Source: Thermodesulfobacteriota bacterium (GTDB lineage: Bacteria > Desulfobacterota > Desulfarculia > JACQYL01). Taken from it: a DNA stretch of 64,000 nucleotides. Made by a program: the position numbers and the translations under genes. Positions 55,537-64,000 of the stretch are shown piece by piece. The DNA lies in the NCBI GenBank assembly GCA_963675595.2, contig CAXXLZ010000001.1, positions 1,696,001-1,760,000 on the forward strand, written 5' to 3'. Below the pieces are notes generated by a model, which saw nothing but the letters and a program-made list of their open reading frames with translations, did not search any database and was not told where the DNA came from. The stretch's first letter is position 1. Every line of letters starts with the position of its first letter.

Positions 55537-56493
55537 CTACTTGAGCACGCCTTTTTCCCTCCAAAACTTCTCGGCGCCCGGGTGCAAAGGCGTGACCACG
55601 CCCTTGACGCCGTTCTCAATGCTCATCTCTTTGGCCGACTTGTGCGCATCCATCATGTATCGAAGCCCTTCCGGACTGAAGACGATTTCCAGCAGCTTAT
55701 AGACCACCTCGTCCGGTACTTCCGCGTTGACAATCCATAGCGCCGAGTCCTGGAAGGTGGTGACGGGTTCGTTTTGTCCCCTGTAGCTGCCCGCGGGGAT
55801 GACGACTTTGGAGAAGTTGGGGTATTTGGTGAAGAAACCGACCGCTTCACCATCACCGTAGAGATCCGGTAGCCTCACGTCCGTTCGGCGTTCCGCCTCG
55901 AGCACGGCCGCATTGGGAAATCCCGCCAATACCCAAAAAGCGTCGAGACGGTTATTCACGAGAGCCTCCGCAGCGGCTCGATATCCTATGAAACTCTTGT
56001 TCATATCCTCCCAGATGCCTAATTGTCGGTAAAACAGCTCACAACTCGCGGCGGCACCGGATCCTGCGTTGCCGACGCCCACTCTCTTTCCTCTAAGGTC
56101 GGAGGGTCGAACGATATCCGAATCGGCCCGCACCACCAGCTGAGCGCGAGCACCGTAGAAGTGCGCCACGACCAGGACCTCCGAATATTTGCCGGCATCC
56201 TGTTCAAGCTGTCCCTTCCGTCCCTTGAGCACATTTCCGGAATGCGCCACCGAAAACGGGACTTGGCCGGTGCCCACCAGGCGAACGTTCTCAACGGATC
56301 CTCCCGAAGGGCTGGCCGCCATATTGATCCCGTGCTCCCTCGCCAGTGCGGCCACCGCGTTCGCATAATTCTGGAACGCGCCGCCCGAGGGCCCGCCCGA
56401 AAATACATACTCAGCGGCATAGGTTCCCGGGGATGAAATGAGCAACAAAGCCGAAAGCATGATGACCGAAATCACCAACCGAACTTTACGCAT
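55537..56493 (-). CDS. TAXI family TRAP solute-binding protein (copy 2)
   Basis: Clear paralogue of 54358-55320; ATG at 56493 with AGGAGG RBS. Confidence 0.92.
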   Translation of the reverse strand: MRKVRLVISVIMLSALLLISSPGTYAAEYVFSGGPSGGAFQNYANAVAALAREHGINMAASPSGGSVENVRLVGTGQVPFSVAHSGNVLKGRKGQLEQDAGKYSEVLVVAHFYGARAQLVVRADSDIVRPSDLRGKRVGVGNAGSGAAASCELFYRQLGIWEDMNKSFIGYRAAAEALVNNRLDAFWVLAGFPNAAVLEAERRTDVRLPDLYGDGEAVGFFTKYPNFSKVVIPAGSYRGQNEPVTTFQDSALWIVNAEVPDEVVYKLLEIVFSPEGLRYMMDAHKSAKEMSIENGVKGVVTPLHPGAEKFWREKGVLK

Positions 56494-56612
56494 TCTTGAG
56501 CTTCCTCCTGTATTGAGAGAGTCATCTCGCCGGCTCAAACAGGAACCTCGGAGCCTCAAGAGACGATCCATCCGGTTTCTTCACCTTGATCGGAGATTGC
56601 CGGACGGCCCGA

Positions 56613-56722
56613 CGATAAGATGCAGGGCGCGCGAATCCCGAAAAATGAAGGCACAGATGTGAAGCGGTCGTGGTGACGAGAGATGATGCGCATCGCCGCG
56701 GACCGCGCTTTTCAACGACCCG
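56613..56722. mobile_element. Degenerate second copy of the MITE (inverted relative to 12178-12300)
   Basis: CGATAAGATGCAGGGCGCGCGAATCCCG...GTGACGAGAGATGATGCGCATCGCCGCGGACCGCGCTTTTCAAC aligns with the reverse complement of copy 1. Confidence 0.8.
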
Positions 56723-58234
56723 TCAAAGAGTGGTCGTGAGGAAGTGGAAACCGTAGGGCTCCAACCTCACATAAAGGCCCGTGTTTTTCAGCTCCTCCAC
56801 TGATCGGGTGTAGACGGTCTCTTCCGCGGACAAACGGTCCGCCAGTTCGACTTCTCCTTCTCCTTCCCAGGACTCCTCGGAGAAAGGCAGGAAGGCGGAT
56901 GCGACCGTCGGCCCGTGGTTCACCGCGATGATCGCGCGTTCCTTACCCATGCGGTAAAAAAAGCCTACGATGGAGCGATACCCCTGATCCTCCCCATAAG
57001 CGGTCACCGCTTCCAGAAGTTCCCATGCGCCTTCCTTGAACAACGGTGAGGAGGTTAATTGCAGCAGCCTTTCGTAAAACGCGACGACTTCGGCGTTCTC
57101 GTTTTCATCGGGTTCTCGGACCAACTGTACTGGAACGTGGACCTTTTTCCCCTGCCATTGGCCGTGATGGAACAAACGCATTCCAGGAGAAGTTGCGTGC
57201 AGCAGGGCCGCACTCTTCCAGGACTCACCGGAAAACACGGCGGCCATTCGCTCCTCGTCATGATTCTCCAGAAATCTGACCATATTCGTGGAGCGGCCGA
57301 ATTCGGCATACAGGTTTTCTTTGTAGGCCGTTACATCGCCGCGCAGCAGAGCGTCATATCCGGTCTTGTCGTAGGCATAGCCGAAACCCAAGTCCAGTAA
57401 CTCGATTTCTTTTCCCCAGTAGGCCTCCGCCATGAACAGGAATTCGGGTTTCACTTTTTTGGCTTCATGGATCAAACCGGTCCAGTACTCTTTCTCCGGA
57501 AGGGTGATGCCGAATCGATCCATCCACTCCTGCCACGTCTGCGCAAAAACCTGGTTCAAAACAAGCATGGCCATATCGCATCGTACACCGTCACAAACCC
57601 CGGCCAATCGAACGATTTCTTCTATGGCCGACGCTCTGGCCGTTTCCGAAATTGCACAAATCTGAGCGGTGTCCGTCCATGGTGGGAAATACGGGTCGCG
57701 TCCGTGGGCAATCCATTTTACAGCTCCGCCCCGACATGTTGCTTCGAAGCATCCATCGGGGCCGAAGGCGTCTTCCGAATCCGAGTGAACGAACCTGTCG
57801 GGATTGTTGGTCACGGAAGCATGATCTCGGGCCGTGTGGTTGGGGACGAAGTCCAGCATAAGTCCGAGTCCGGCGTTGTGCAGGTCTTTGCGAAGCCTGT
57901 CCAAATCCTTCTCGGAACCCAGCGCCGAGGCGGGCTTGTATTCGGCAACGGCAAATGGGGAACCTCCCACGTCTTCATCCATATATCCCGGAAGCACGGA
58001 ATCGTATACCTTCTTCAGGTCGGGATGGTTTCGTGATATTTCCACGGACTTGTCGCCGGGCCGCCAGAGCCCCATGAGCCACACAATATCGATCCCGTTG
58101 GCCTTTAAACTCGACCAGAATTCTTCGGGAACATTCCCCAACGTGGTTTTCCGCCCCAGTTTCCGCGATAGGTCGGAAAGCCAAGTCCTTGTGTTGATCT
58201 CATAAAGTTGCGGGTGCAGGGGCAATGCGTACAT
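56723..58234 (-). CDS. GH13 alpha-amylase family glycosidase
   Basis: YEINTR.W, GSPFAV..Y, MLDFVPNH, DGVRCDMAML, AEAYW and FLENHDE motifs. Confidence 0.9.
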   Translation of the reverse strand: MYALPLHPQLYEINTRTWLSDLSRKLGRKTTLGNVPEEFWSSLKANGIDIVWLMGLWRPGDKSVEISRNHPDLKKVYDSVLPGYMDEDVGGSPFAVAEYKPASALGSEKDLDRLRKDLHNAGLGLMLDFVPNHTARDHASVTNNPDRFVHSDSEDAFGPDGCFEATCRGGAVKWIAHGRDPYFPPWTDTAQICAISETARASAIEEIVRLAGVCDGVRCDMAMLVLNQVFAQTWQEWMDRFGITLPEKEYWTGLIHEAKKVKPEFLFMAEAYWGKEIELLDLGFGYAYDKTGYDALLRGDVTAYKENLYAEFGRSTNMVRFLENHDEERMAAVFSGESWKSAALLHATSPGMRLFHHGQWQGKKVHVPVQLVREPDENENAEVVAFYERLLQLTSSPLFKEGAWELLEAVTAYGEDQGYRSIVGFFYRMGKERAIIAVNHGPTVASAFLPFSEESWEGEGEVELADRLSAEETVYTRSVEELKNTGLYVRLEPYGFHFLTTTL

Positions 58235-58559
58235 GGTGTCGAACCTCCCTTGATGGTGGTGAATACAGGGTATCACAAGCCCGGACCTCTTCTCCATATA
58301 CTTTTCACCGTTCCGCTCGGGAGCATGCCGTCTCAGGGCCCTTTCAACCGGGTAACCGAAACCGATTCAGCTCCGATGCGATAACCGATTGACGCAAGCG
58401 AGTGATTGTGGGTAAGGTTCCTTTTTTCGGAAAAGGCTCCTCTTGGATCCGCCGGATTGCGTCGGAAATGCCGGAGCAAAGCAGTTAATCTCGTTCCCCG
58501 GGAAGGACTTGTAGTCCGCCGCGTATCTCACCCAGGGACGGATTCGGAGAAACGGACCA

Positions 58560-60317
58560 GTGTCGTCACCCAACGAACGAATCGAGCGCTTTCTTCTCAA
58601 ATGGCACGTGAGCGATCACCTCTATACCTCTCTGATCGCCATTCTAATTGGAATATTAGGAGGATACGGTGCCGTTCTCTTCAGAATTCTGATCCGGGCC
58701 TTCCAGTACGTCTTCTACCAGAACGATGCGGACTTTCTTGAAATAGCCGATCAAATCCCATTCTACGCAAAACTCCTGATACCCGCCCTGGCAGGGGCCG
58801 TCGTCGGTCCCATTGTCTATTTTGGTGCCAAAGAGACTAAAGGGCACGGAGTCCCCGAGGTCATGGAGGCGATGGCACTGCGCGGTGGGCGCATCCGATC
58901 CCGCGTGGCCGTAATCAAGATACTCGCGTCCGCCATAACCATCGGAGGCGGCGGTTCCACCGGTCGTGAAGGACCCATCGTCCAAATCGGCGCTTCCGTC
59001 GGTTCATCGGTGGGGCAGTTCCTCAAAGTCTCTCAAGACCGTCAGAGAACCTTCCTCGGTTGCGGCGCCGCGGCGGGCATCGCCGCCACTTTCAACGCTC
59101 CCATTGCGGGAGTCTTTTTCGCCCTCGAACTGCTTTTAGGCGATTTCGGAGTCTCCACCTTCGCTCCCATCGTTATCGCTTCAGTGGCCGCAACGACGAT
59201 ATCCCGCTACCATTTCGGCAATTTTCCCGCTTTCGTCGTGCCGCCGTACGAACTGGTCAGCTATTGGGAGTATTTCTTCTACGGGATTCTCGGACTCCTG
59301 GCGGGGTTGGTGGCCCTCCTCTATATTCTTTCCGTGTACAAAGCGGAGGACCTTTTCGATCGAATGCCCATCCCGGATTACACAAAAGGGGCGGTGGGCG
59401 GCTTGATCCTGGGCTCCATGCTGCTGGTTTATCCTCATCTTTTCGGCGTCGGCTACGGCACCATCGATTTGTGTCTCATGAACCGACTTACCATCGGACT
59501 ACTGTTCGTTCTGATTTTCGCCAAAATCGCCGCCACATCCATCACTCTGGGCTGCGGGATGTCCGGAGGCGTCTTCGCTCCTGCTCTGATGATCGGAGCG
59601 CTGACCGGAGGCTTCTTCGGCCAGGTCTTGAACATGGTCGCTCCCCAAATCACCGCCTCGAGCGGTGCCTATGCCCTGGTGGCCATGGGTGCGGTGGTAG
59701 CGGGCGCCACCCACGCGCCCATTATGTCCATCCTGATCCTCTTCGAGATGACTTCGGACTACCACATCATCCTCCCGCTGATGCTCTCCTGTATCACAAG
59801 CAGTTTGGTGGCGAGCACTCTCAAGAAAGGGAGTATTTTCACCACCAAACTGCGAAGAAAAGGGATAAACCTTCACATGGGGCGTGAACGGGGCATTCTT
59901 CGACGTATGACCGTCCAGGACGTCATGCTCGAACATACCCATATGGTGCCCGAAAGCATGCATCTCGTGGACATTATTGAAACGTTCAAGCGCACCAACG
60001 CGTCCTACCTGCAGGTCGTGGACCAACGACGTGCGCTGGCGGGCATTATCTCCTTCAGAGACGTTCGTGCCGTGCTGCAGGAAGAGGACCTCGGACACTT
60101 GATCATCGCTCGGGACGTCGCGACCACCGACGTCATCACCGTGAAGAGGACGGAAAGTCTGGAAGAAGCTCTGCGCAAGATGGGAAGTAAGGGGATTTCA
60201 CAACTTCCCGTGGTTGATGATTTGGATCCGCGCAAAGTCGTGGGGGTCTTGCAGGAAAAAGATCTCCTGTCCGCCTACAACCGGGAAGTCTTCGCCCAAG
60301 AAATGCGGCAGCAGTGA
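58560..60317 (+). CDS. ClC chloride channel/antiporter with CBS pair
   Basis: GHGVPE, GREGP (gating Glu), FNAPIAG..FA.E and GGVFAP motifs; two C-terminal CBS domains. Confidence 0.94.
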   Translation: MSSPNERIERFLLKWHVSDHLYTSLIAILIGILGGYGAVLFRILIRAFQYVFYQNDADFLEIADQIPFYAKLLIPALAGAVVGPIVYFGAKETKGHGVPEVMEAMALRGGRIRSRVAVIKILASAITIGGGGSTGREGPIVQIGASVGSSVGQFLKVSQDRQRTFLGCGAAAGIAATFNAPIAGVFFALELLLGDFGVSTFAPIVIASVAATTISRYHFGNFPAFVVPPYELVSYWEYFFYGILGLLAGLVALLYILSVYKAEDLFDRMPIPDYTKGAVGGLILGSMLLVYPHLFGVGYGTIDLCLMNRLTIGLLFVLIFAKIAATSITLGCGMSGGVFAPALMIGALTGGFFGQVLNMVAPQITASSGAYALVAMGAVVAGATHAPIMSILILFEMTSDYHIILPLMLSCITSSLVASTLKKGSIFTTKLRRKGINLHMGRERGILRRMTVQDVMLEHTHMVPESMHLVDIIETFKRTNASYLQVVDQRRALAGIISFRDVRAVLQEEDLGHLIIARDVATTDVITVKRTESLEEALRKMGSKGISQLPVVDDLDPRKVVGVLQEKDLLSAYNREVFAQEMRQQ

Positions 60318-60369
60318 CGCGTCGGCCTCTCTCCCTTTCCTATGACCGTGCGCACCTCTCCGGTCTCGA

Positions 60370-61098
60370 TTAGGGCGTCCCTCCCGGTTCGCCGGAACCT
60401 AATGCTTTCCCCCACTTGTTCATGAGGATGCCGGGCAGAGGGAACGGCATGCCGGCTTTGGGCGACATCGAACCCAGGTCTTTCAAAGCCTCGAGGATAT
60501 CATTCAGGTTGATGTCCTGAACACGGATTCGGGCGGATCTGGCGGGGAGAGTCATCACAAAGGGCTTCTGTCCGGGCCGATACTCCTTGTACACAATCCG
60601 ACGAATCTCCACCGTGGCCAGTTTCACCCACACGTTCCAGGGCTTATCGGGATATTGTTCACGACTGTCTCCCCGACCTTCCGCCTCTTCCACACGGCGG
60701 TCTTCCCGAACCGCCTCCTCCACGTTCAGCCTGCCTTCCCGGTTGCGGACGAGGGTTAGTTCCTCGACATCGAGTGTGACTCGGTCCAAGACCAGATTTC
60801 GATTCAGCAAAGGACGGAGACGATAATCCGCGAAGGCCCCGGCGATGAGGAGCATGGGCTCTCCCGAAAAACCGGGAGGGCTCATGAGCGTCATTTCCGT
60901 CAATTCGGCTTTAGACCCGGGAAATCCCGTCCGAAACCCGCCGATGCGGACCTCACCGTTGAAGTTCTCCTTGAGAATTTCGGAGACGACACGTTCCGCC
61001 AAGGGGTCCACAAGGAAAAACAGCGCCGCGAGGCATAGAACCAACACCGCCGTTGGAAGGCCCAGAGTCCGGCCAAAGCGAAAACCCGCCGACCTCAT
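60370..61098 (-). CDS. AsmA-like N-terminal domain membrane protein
   Basis: N-terminal TM then beta-rich P.GF...P / L.RN..G.LN pattern. Confidence 0.55.
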   Translation of the reverse strand: MRSAGFRFGRTLGLPTAVLVLCLAALFFLVDPLAERVVSEILKENFNGEVRIGGFRTGFPGSKAELTEMTLMSPPGFSGEPMLLIAGAFADYRLRPLLNRNLVLDRVTLDVEELTLVRNREGRLNVEEAVREDRRVEEAEGRGDSREQYPDKPWNVWVKLATVEIRRIVYKEYRPGQKPFVMTLPARSARIRVQDINLNDILEALKDLGSMSPKAGMPFPLPGILMNKWGKALGSGEPGGTP

Positions 61099-61125
61099 TC
61101 CTTTTCTCCCCGAGAGACCAAGGAA

Positions 61126-61626
61126 TCAGCCCACATCTTTGAATTTCTCTTTCACGGCCCCGCAAATGGGACACTTTTCCGGCGGATGATCTTCTCCGAT
61201 ATAACCGCAAACCTGACACACATAATAACGTGTTTCTCGTTCTTCCATCAGATCGTTCATGGCTCTCTTGTATAATTCCGCATGTCGCGCCTCCACGTCC
61301 CTGGATTGTGAGAATGCGGTCAGCGCCGGGCGAACGCTTTCCTCTTCCGCGTCGCGGATCATGGGAGCGTATTCTTGGACATTGGCTCTGATCTCGTTCT
61401 CGAAAGCGGCTTTTAGATTCTCCTCGGTCGATCCTATTTTGCTTCTCATGAGGTTCAGGTATCTGCGGGCATGGACGGATTCCGCCTCGGAAACCGCCCG
61501 GAAAAGCATGGCGATCCCCCGGTATCCTTCATGATCCGCTTTCAAGGCAAAGGCGCTGTTACGCGCCGCGGCTTTGGATTCCGCAGCAAAAGCCACGGCC
61601 AGGTTCTTGTCGGTTTTGTCGGGCAT
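61126..61626 (-). CDS. rbr: Rubrerythrin family protein
   Basis: T.KNL..AFA.ES, E..HA twice and a C-terminal CQVCGY...CPICG rubredoxin site. Confidence 0.9.
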   Translation of the reverse strand: MPDKTDKNLAVAFAAESKAAARNSAFALKADHEGYRGIAMLFRAVSEAESVHARRYLNLMRSKIGSTEENLKAAFENEIRANVQEYAPMIRDAEEESVRPALTAFSQSRDVEARHAELYKRAMNDLMEERETRYYVCQVCGYIGEDHPPEKCPICGAVKEKFKDVG

Positions 61627-61903
61627 CACGTCCTCCCTGCACGGCATCTGGGGGTAGCGGTTTACCGGATTACGTCCTTGATCAAAATATGCAGGATGAA
61701 CTCCGGATTTCCATCCGTCAAGTTCCGATTCCCATGGCGCGCAACCGGAGATTCGCCGAATCCGTGTACATCGCCCCGATCCGCATCCTTGCCGCCTTCA
61801 ATTCCCGAATCGAGGGCCTGCGCGTAAGACATTGACAAGCGCTTCGAATCTCACGCATAACCAACCGTGGCCATTCCGAACCGAAATCATTGAGGAGGCG
61901 CTT

Positions 61904-63085
61904 ATGCCGGGACCCTTGGCCGGTTTGAAGGTTCTCGACTTCACCACACTTCTCCCCGGACCCTTCGCTACGATGATGATCGCGGACATGGGGGCGGACG
62001 TAATACGCATCGCTTCCGGCAGTCGTCCGGACCTGGTTGCAATCCATCCACCGTTCATTGCGGAAACCGGGTTATCCACCAATTTGGCTTATCTGTGCCG
62101 AGGCAAGCGGTCTATCGCCCTGAACCTGAAGAACGAATCGGCGGTGAATATCGCACGCAAGCTGATCGAGAGAAGCGACGTGCTCGTGGAACAATTCAGG
62201 CCGGGCGTAATGGCCTCTTTCGGGCTGGATTACGAAAACGCGAGTCGAATCAATCCGTCCTTGGTCTACTGTTCCCTGACGGGCTACGGTCAGAAGGGTC
62301 CGTTGTCCGAACGGGCGGGCCACGACATCAACTATCTGGCTTTGTCGGGCTTGATGGGCTATTCCGGTAGAGTGGCCGAAGGACCGGCGTTGACCGGCAT
62401 GCAAATCGCCGATCTCGCGGGAGGCAGTCTGCACGCCGTGGTGGGTATCCTCGCCGCCGTAATCGCACGTTCTTCCACAGGCAAAGGACAGCATGTGGAT
62501 GTGGCCATGCTGGACGGCGTCATGGCCTGCAACGGCTTGGTCGGATCGGCTATCCTCGCGGGCGGGCGTAATCCCGGTAGGGAAGACACCCTCCTTAACG
62601 GCGGCTCTCTGTACGATTTCTACGAAACGAAGGACGGCGGGCACATCTCGGTAGGATCACTGGAGCCCAAGTTCTTCTCGGCCTTCTGTGAGGGAATCGG
62701 ACGTCCGGATTTGGCCGAAGGAGGAATCCACCCTCCCAACGTCCAAGAGGTCAAGGAGGAAGTCCGGCGGATCGTGAAGAGCAAGACGCTGAGGGAGTGG
62801 GAAGAAACCTTCTCGAAAAGAGACGCGTGCGTCGAACCGGTGTTGAGTCTCAAAGAGGCCCTGAACCGACCTCATGTCCGCGAGCGCGAATGCGTGGTGG
62901 AAGTTCCTCTTCCAAAGGGCGGTACCGTGCGGCAGCTCGCAACCCCCATCAAGTTTTCTCAAACTCCTCTGCAGTACTCGGGATCGGGAGACAGGGCCGG
63001 TGCACACACGGTGGAAGTGCTTGAGGAGTTGGGTTACACAAAAGACGATATCAATGGCTTCGACCGGGCCGGAGCTTTTTCCTGA
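61904..63085 (+). CDS. CaiB/BaiF family III CoA-transferase (AMACR-like)
   Basis: L.GLKVLDF...LPGP, RGKRSIALNLK, EQFRPGVM, TGYGQ.GP and GHDINY motifs; GAGGAGG RBS. Confidence 0.93.
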   Translation: MPGPLAGLKVLDFTTLLPGPFATMMIADMGADVIRIASGSRPDLVAIHPPFIAETGLSTNLAYLCRGKRSIALNLKNESAVNIARKLIERSDVLVEQFRPGVMASFGLDYENASRINPSLVYCSLTGYGQKGPLSERAGHDINYLALSGLMGYSGRVAEGPALTGMQIADLAGGSLHAVVGILAAVIARSSTGKGQHVDVAMLDGVMACNGLVGSAILAGGRNPGREDTLLNGGSLYDFYETKDGGHISVGSLEPKFFSAFCEGIGRPDLAEGGIHPPNVQEVKEEVRRIVKSKTLREWEETFSKRDACVEPVLSLKEALNRPHVRERECVVEVPLPKGGTVRQLATPIKFSQTPLQYSGSGDRAGAHTVEVLEELGYTKDDINGFDRAGAFS

Positions 63086-63294
63086 TCCCCTGCCCACAAG
63101 CGCTCGGTGAAACGGACCGTGGCTCATTGCACGCAGTTCCATGCGTTCCGGAGTGATGCCGGATCCGGCTGATGGTCCGTGAACGCCCCTCTGAACAAGC
63201 GGGGAGAGTTTCACGAGTGCCGTCGCCCCACTGCGCAATCTTGAACATTCGGAGCCGAGGGTTTGCGATCGTTCCTCACTGAGGTCAATTTCTT

Positions 63295-64000
63295 TTGACG
63301 GGCTGGATGAACAGAGTCCTTCATGTGGATCTCCGCAGGAAGACCGTCGATGTGGTCCAAGTGGAAGAAACCACCCTCCGGAGCTTCATCGGAGGGAGGG
63401 GACTGGGTGGCTGGTTTCTCGCGGAACGAATTGCCCTGCCCTGGAATGATCCGGACATGCCGATCCTGATCTTCACCGGCCCCTTGGTGGGCACAACGGC
63501 ACCCACATCCGGCCGCTCCTCCATCATGTCCCGCTCCCCGCTCACAGGACTGGCATCCGACTCCTCGGTGGGAGGACGGCTCGGCACCGAGCTGAAGAGG
63601 GCCGGGTGGGACGGAATATTCATCACCGGGGTGGCGGACTCTCTCTCAGGAATCGAGATATCGGACCGGAGAGTCTCCATCCGGAACGCCGGTGCCCTCG
63701 CAGGGCTGGAAACCACGGAGGTTCTGGGGCGGTTCCCCACGAACTGCTCAGTGGCCGTGGTGGGTCCTGCGGCCGAAAACGGGGTTCGTTTCGCCAACAT
63801 CGTGGTGGACAGACATCATGCGGCAGGTCGAACCGGTTTGGGGGCGAATCTGGCGATCAAGAATCTTAAATACTTGCTGGTACGGGGCACCGGCAAAGTA
63901 CCGGTCGCCGACCGTGGGAGCCTAAAGGAAGCCCGGGAAGAAATCTTCCGCCTGACGGCCGCTTCTCCCATCCTCATGGGAAGACACGGCTTCTCCGATT
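63295..64000 (+). CDS. aor: Aldehyde:ferredoxin oxidoreductase family, N-terminal part (runs off the window)
   Basis: Hand translation from TTG 63295: MTGWMNRVLHVDL...FIGGRGLG...FTGPL.GT.APTSGR...SPLTG...SSVGG..G.ELKRAGWDG...GPAAENGVRFANI...AAGRTGLGA...KNLK. Confidence 0.92.
   Translation, partial: MTGWMNRVLHVDLRRKTVDVVQVEETTLRSFIGGRGLGGWFLAERIALPWNDPDMPILIFTGPLVGTTAPTSGRSSIMSRSPLTGLASDSSVGGRLGTELKRAGWDGIFITGVADSLSGIEISDRRVSIRNAGALAGLETTEVLGRFPTNCSVAVVGPAAENGVRFANIVVDRHHAAGRTGLGANLAIKNLKYLLVRGTGKVPVADRGSLKEAREEIFRLTAASPILMGRHGFSD

Noticed and set aside
63120-63136. GG-N10-GC upstream of aor as a sigma-54 promoter
   Set aside because: Lacks the TT before GC and the CAC after GG; compatible with chance in GC-rich DNA.

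Overview
A GC-rich chromosomal segment whose gene content suggests an anaerobic Desulfobacterota (deltaproteobacterial) genome; this taxonomy is inferred. In order it holds: the start of a Tad/Flp pilus operon (three flp pilins with identical mature peptides, cpaA, cpaB, cpaC, a lipoprotein, a partial tadE) behind a clear sigma-54 promoter; an orphan NtrC-family activator; and a divergent 1753-aa FG-GAP/DUF11 surface protein. Then come an AI-2E transporter, a Pat-type acetyltransferase, treY, tupABC, pgi-glk, a convergent Na+-type stator pair (pomA/pomB-like), TPR-SLH, SHOCT and HD-GYP genes, and an HcpR-hcp nitrosative-stress locus with a textbook operator. The last third has a Na+:solute symporter with a riboswitch-like leader, xth, an MCE/Mla-like operon with a complete IS (TIRs and 6-bp TSD) just upstream, a DUF362/polyferredoxin pair, a TAXI-TRAP system with two binding proteins, a GH13 enzyme, ClC-CBS, rubrerythrin, a CoA-transferase and a partial aldehyde:ferredoxin oxidoreductase. 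Non-coding highlights are the leader with an intrinsic terminator just before the symporter RBS, a 123-bp MITE inside the loop of a terminator hairpin (with a second eroded copy 44 kb away), and two sigma-54-like promoters flanking the activator gene. No rRNA, tRNA or CRISPR array was seen. All calls are by eye; no database searches were run.
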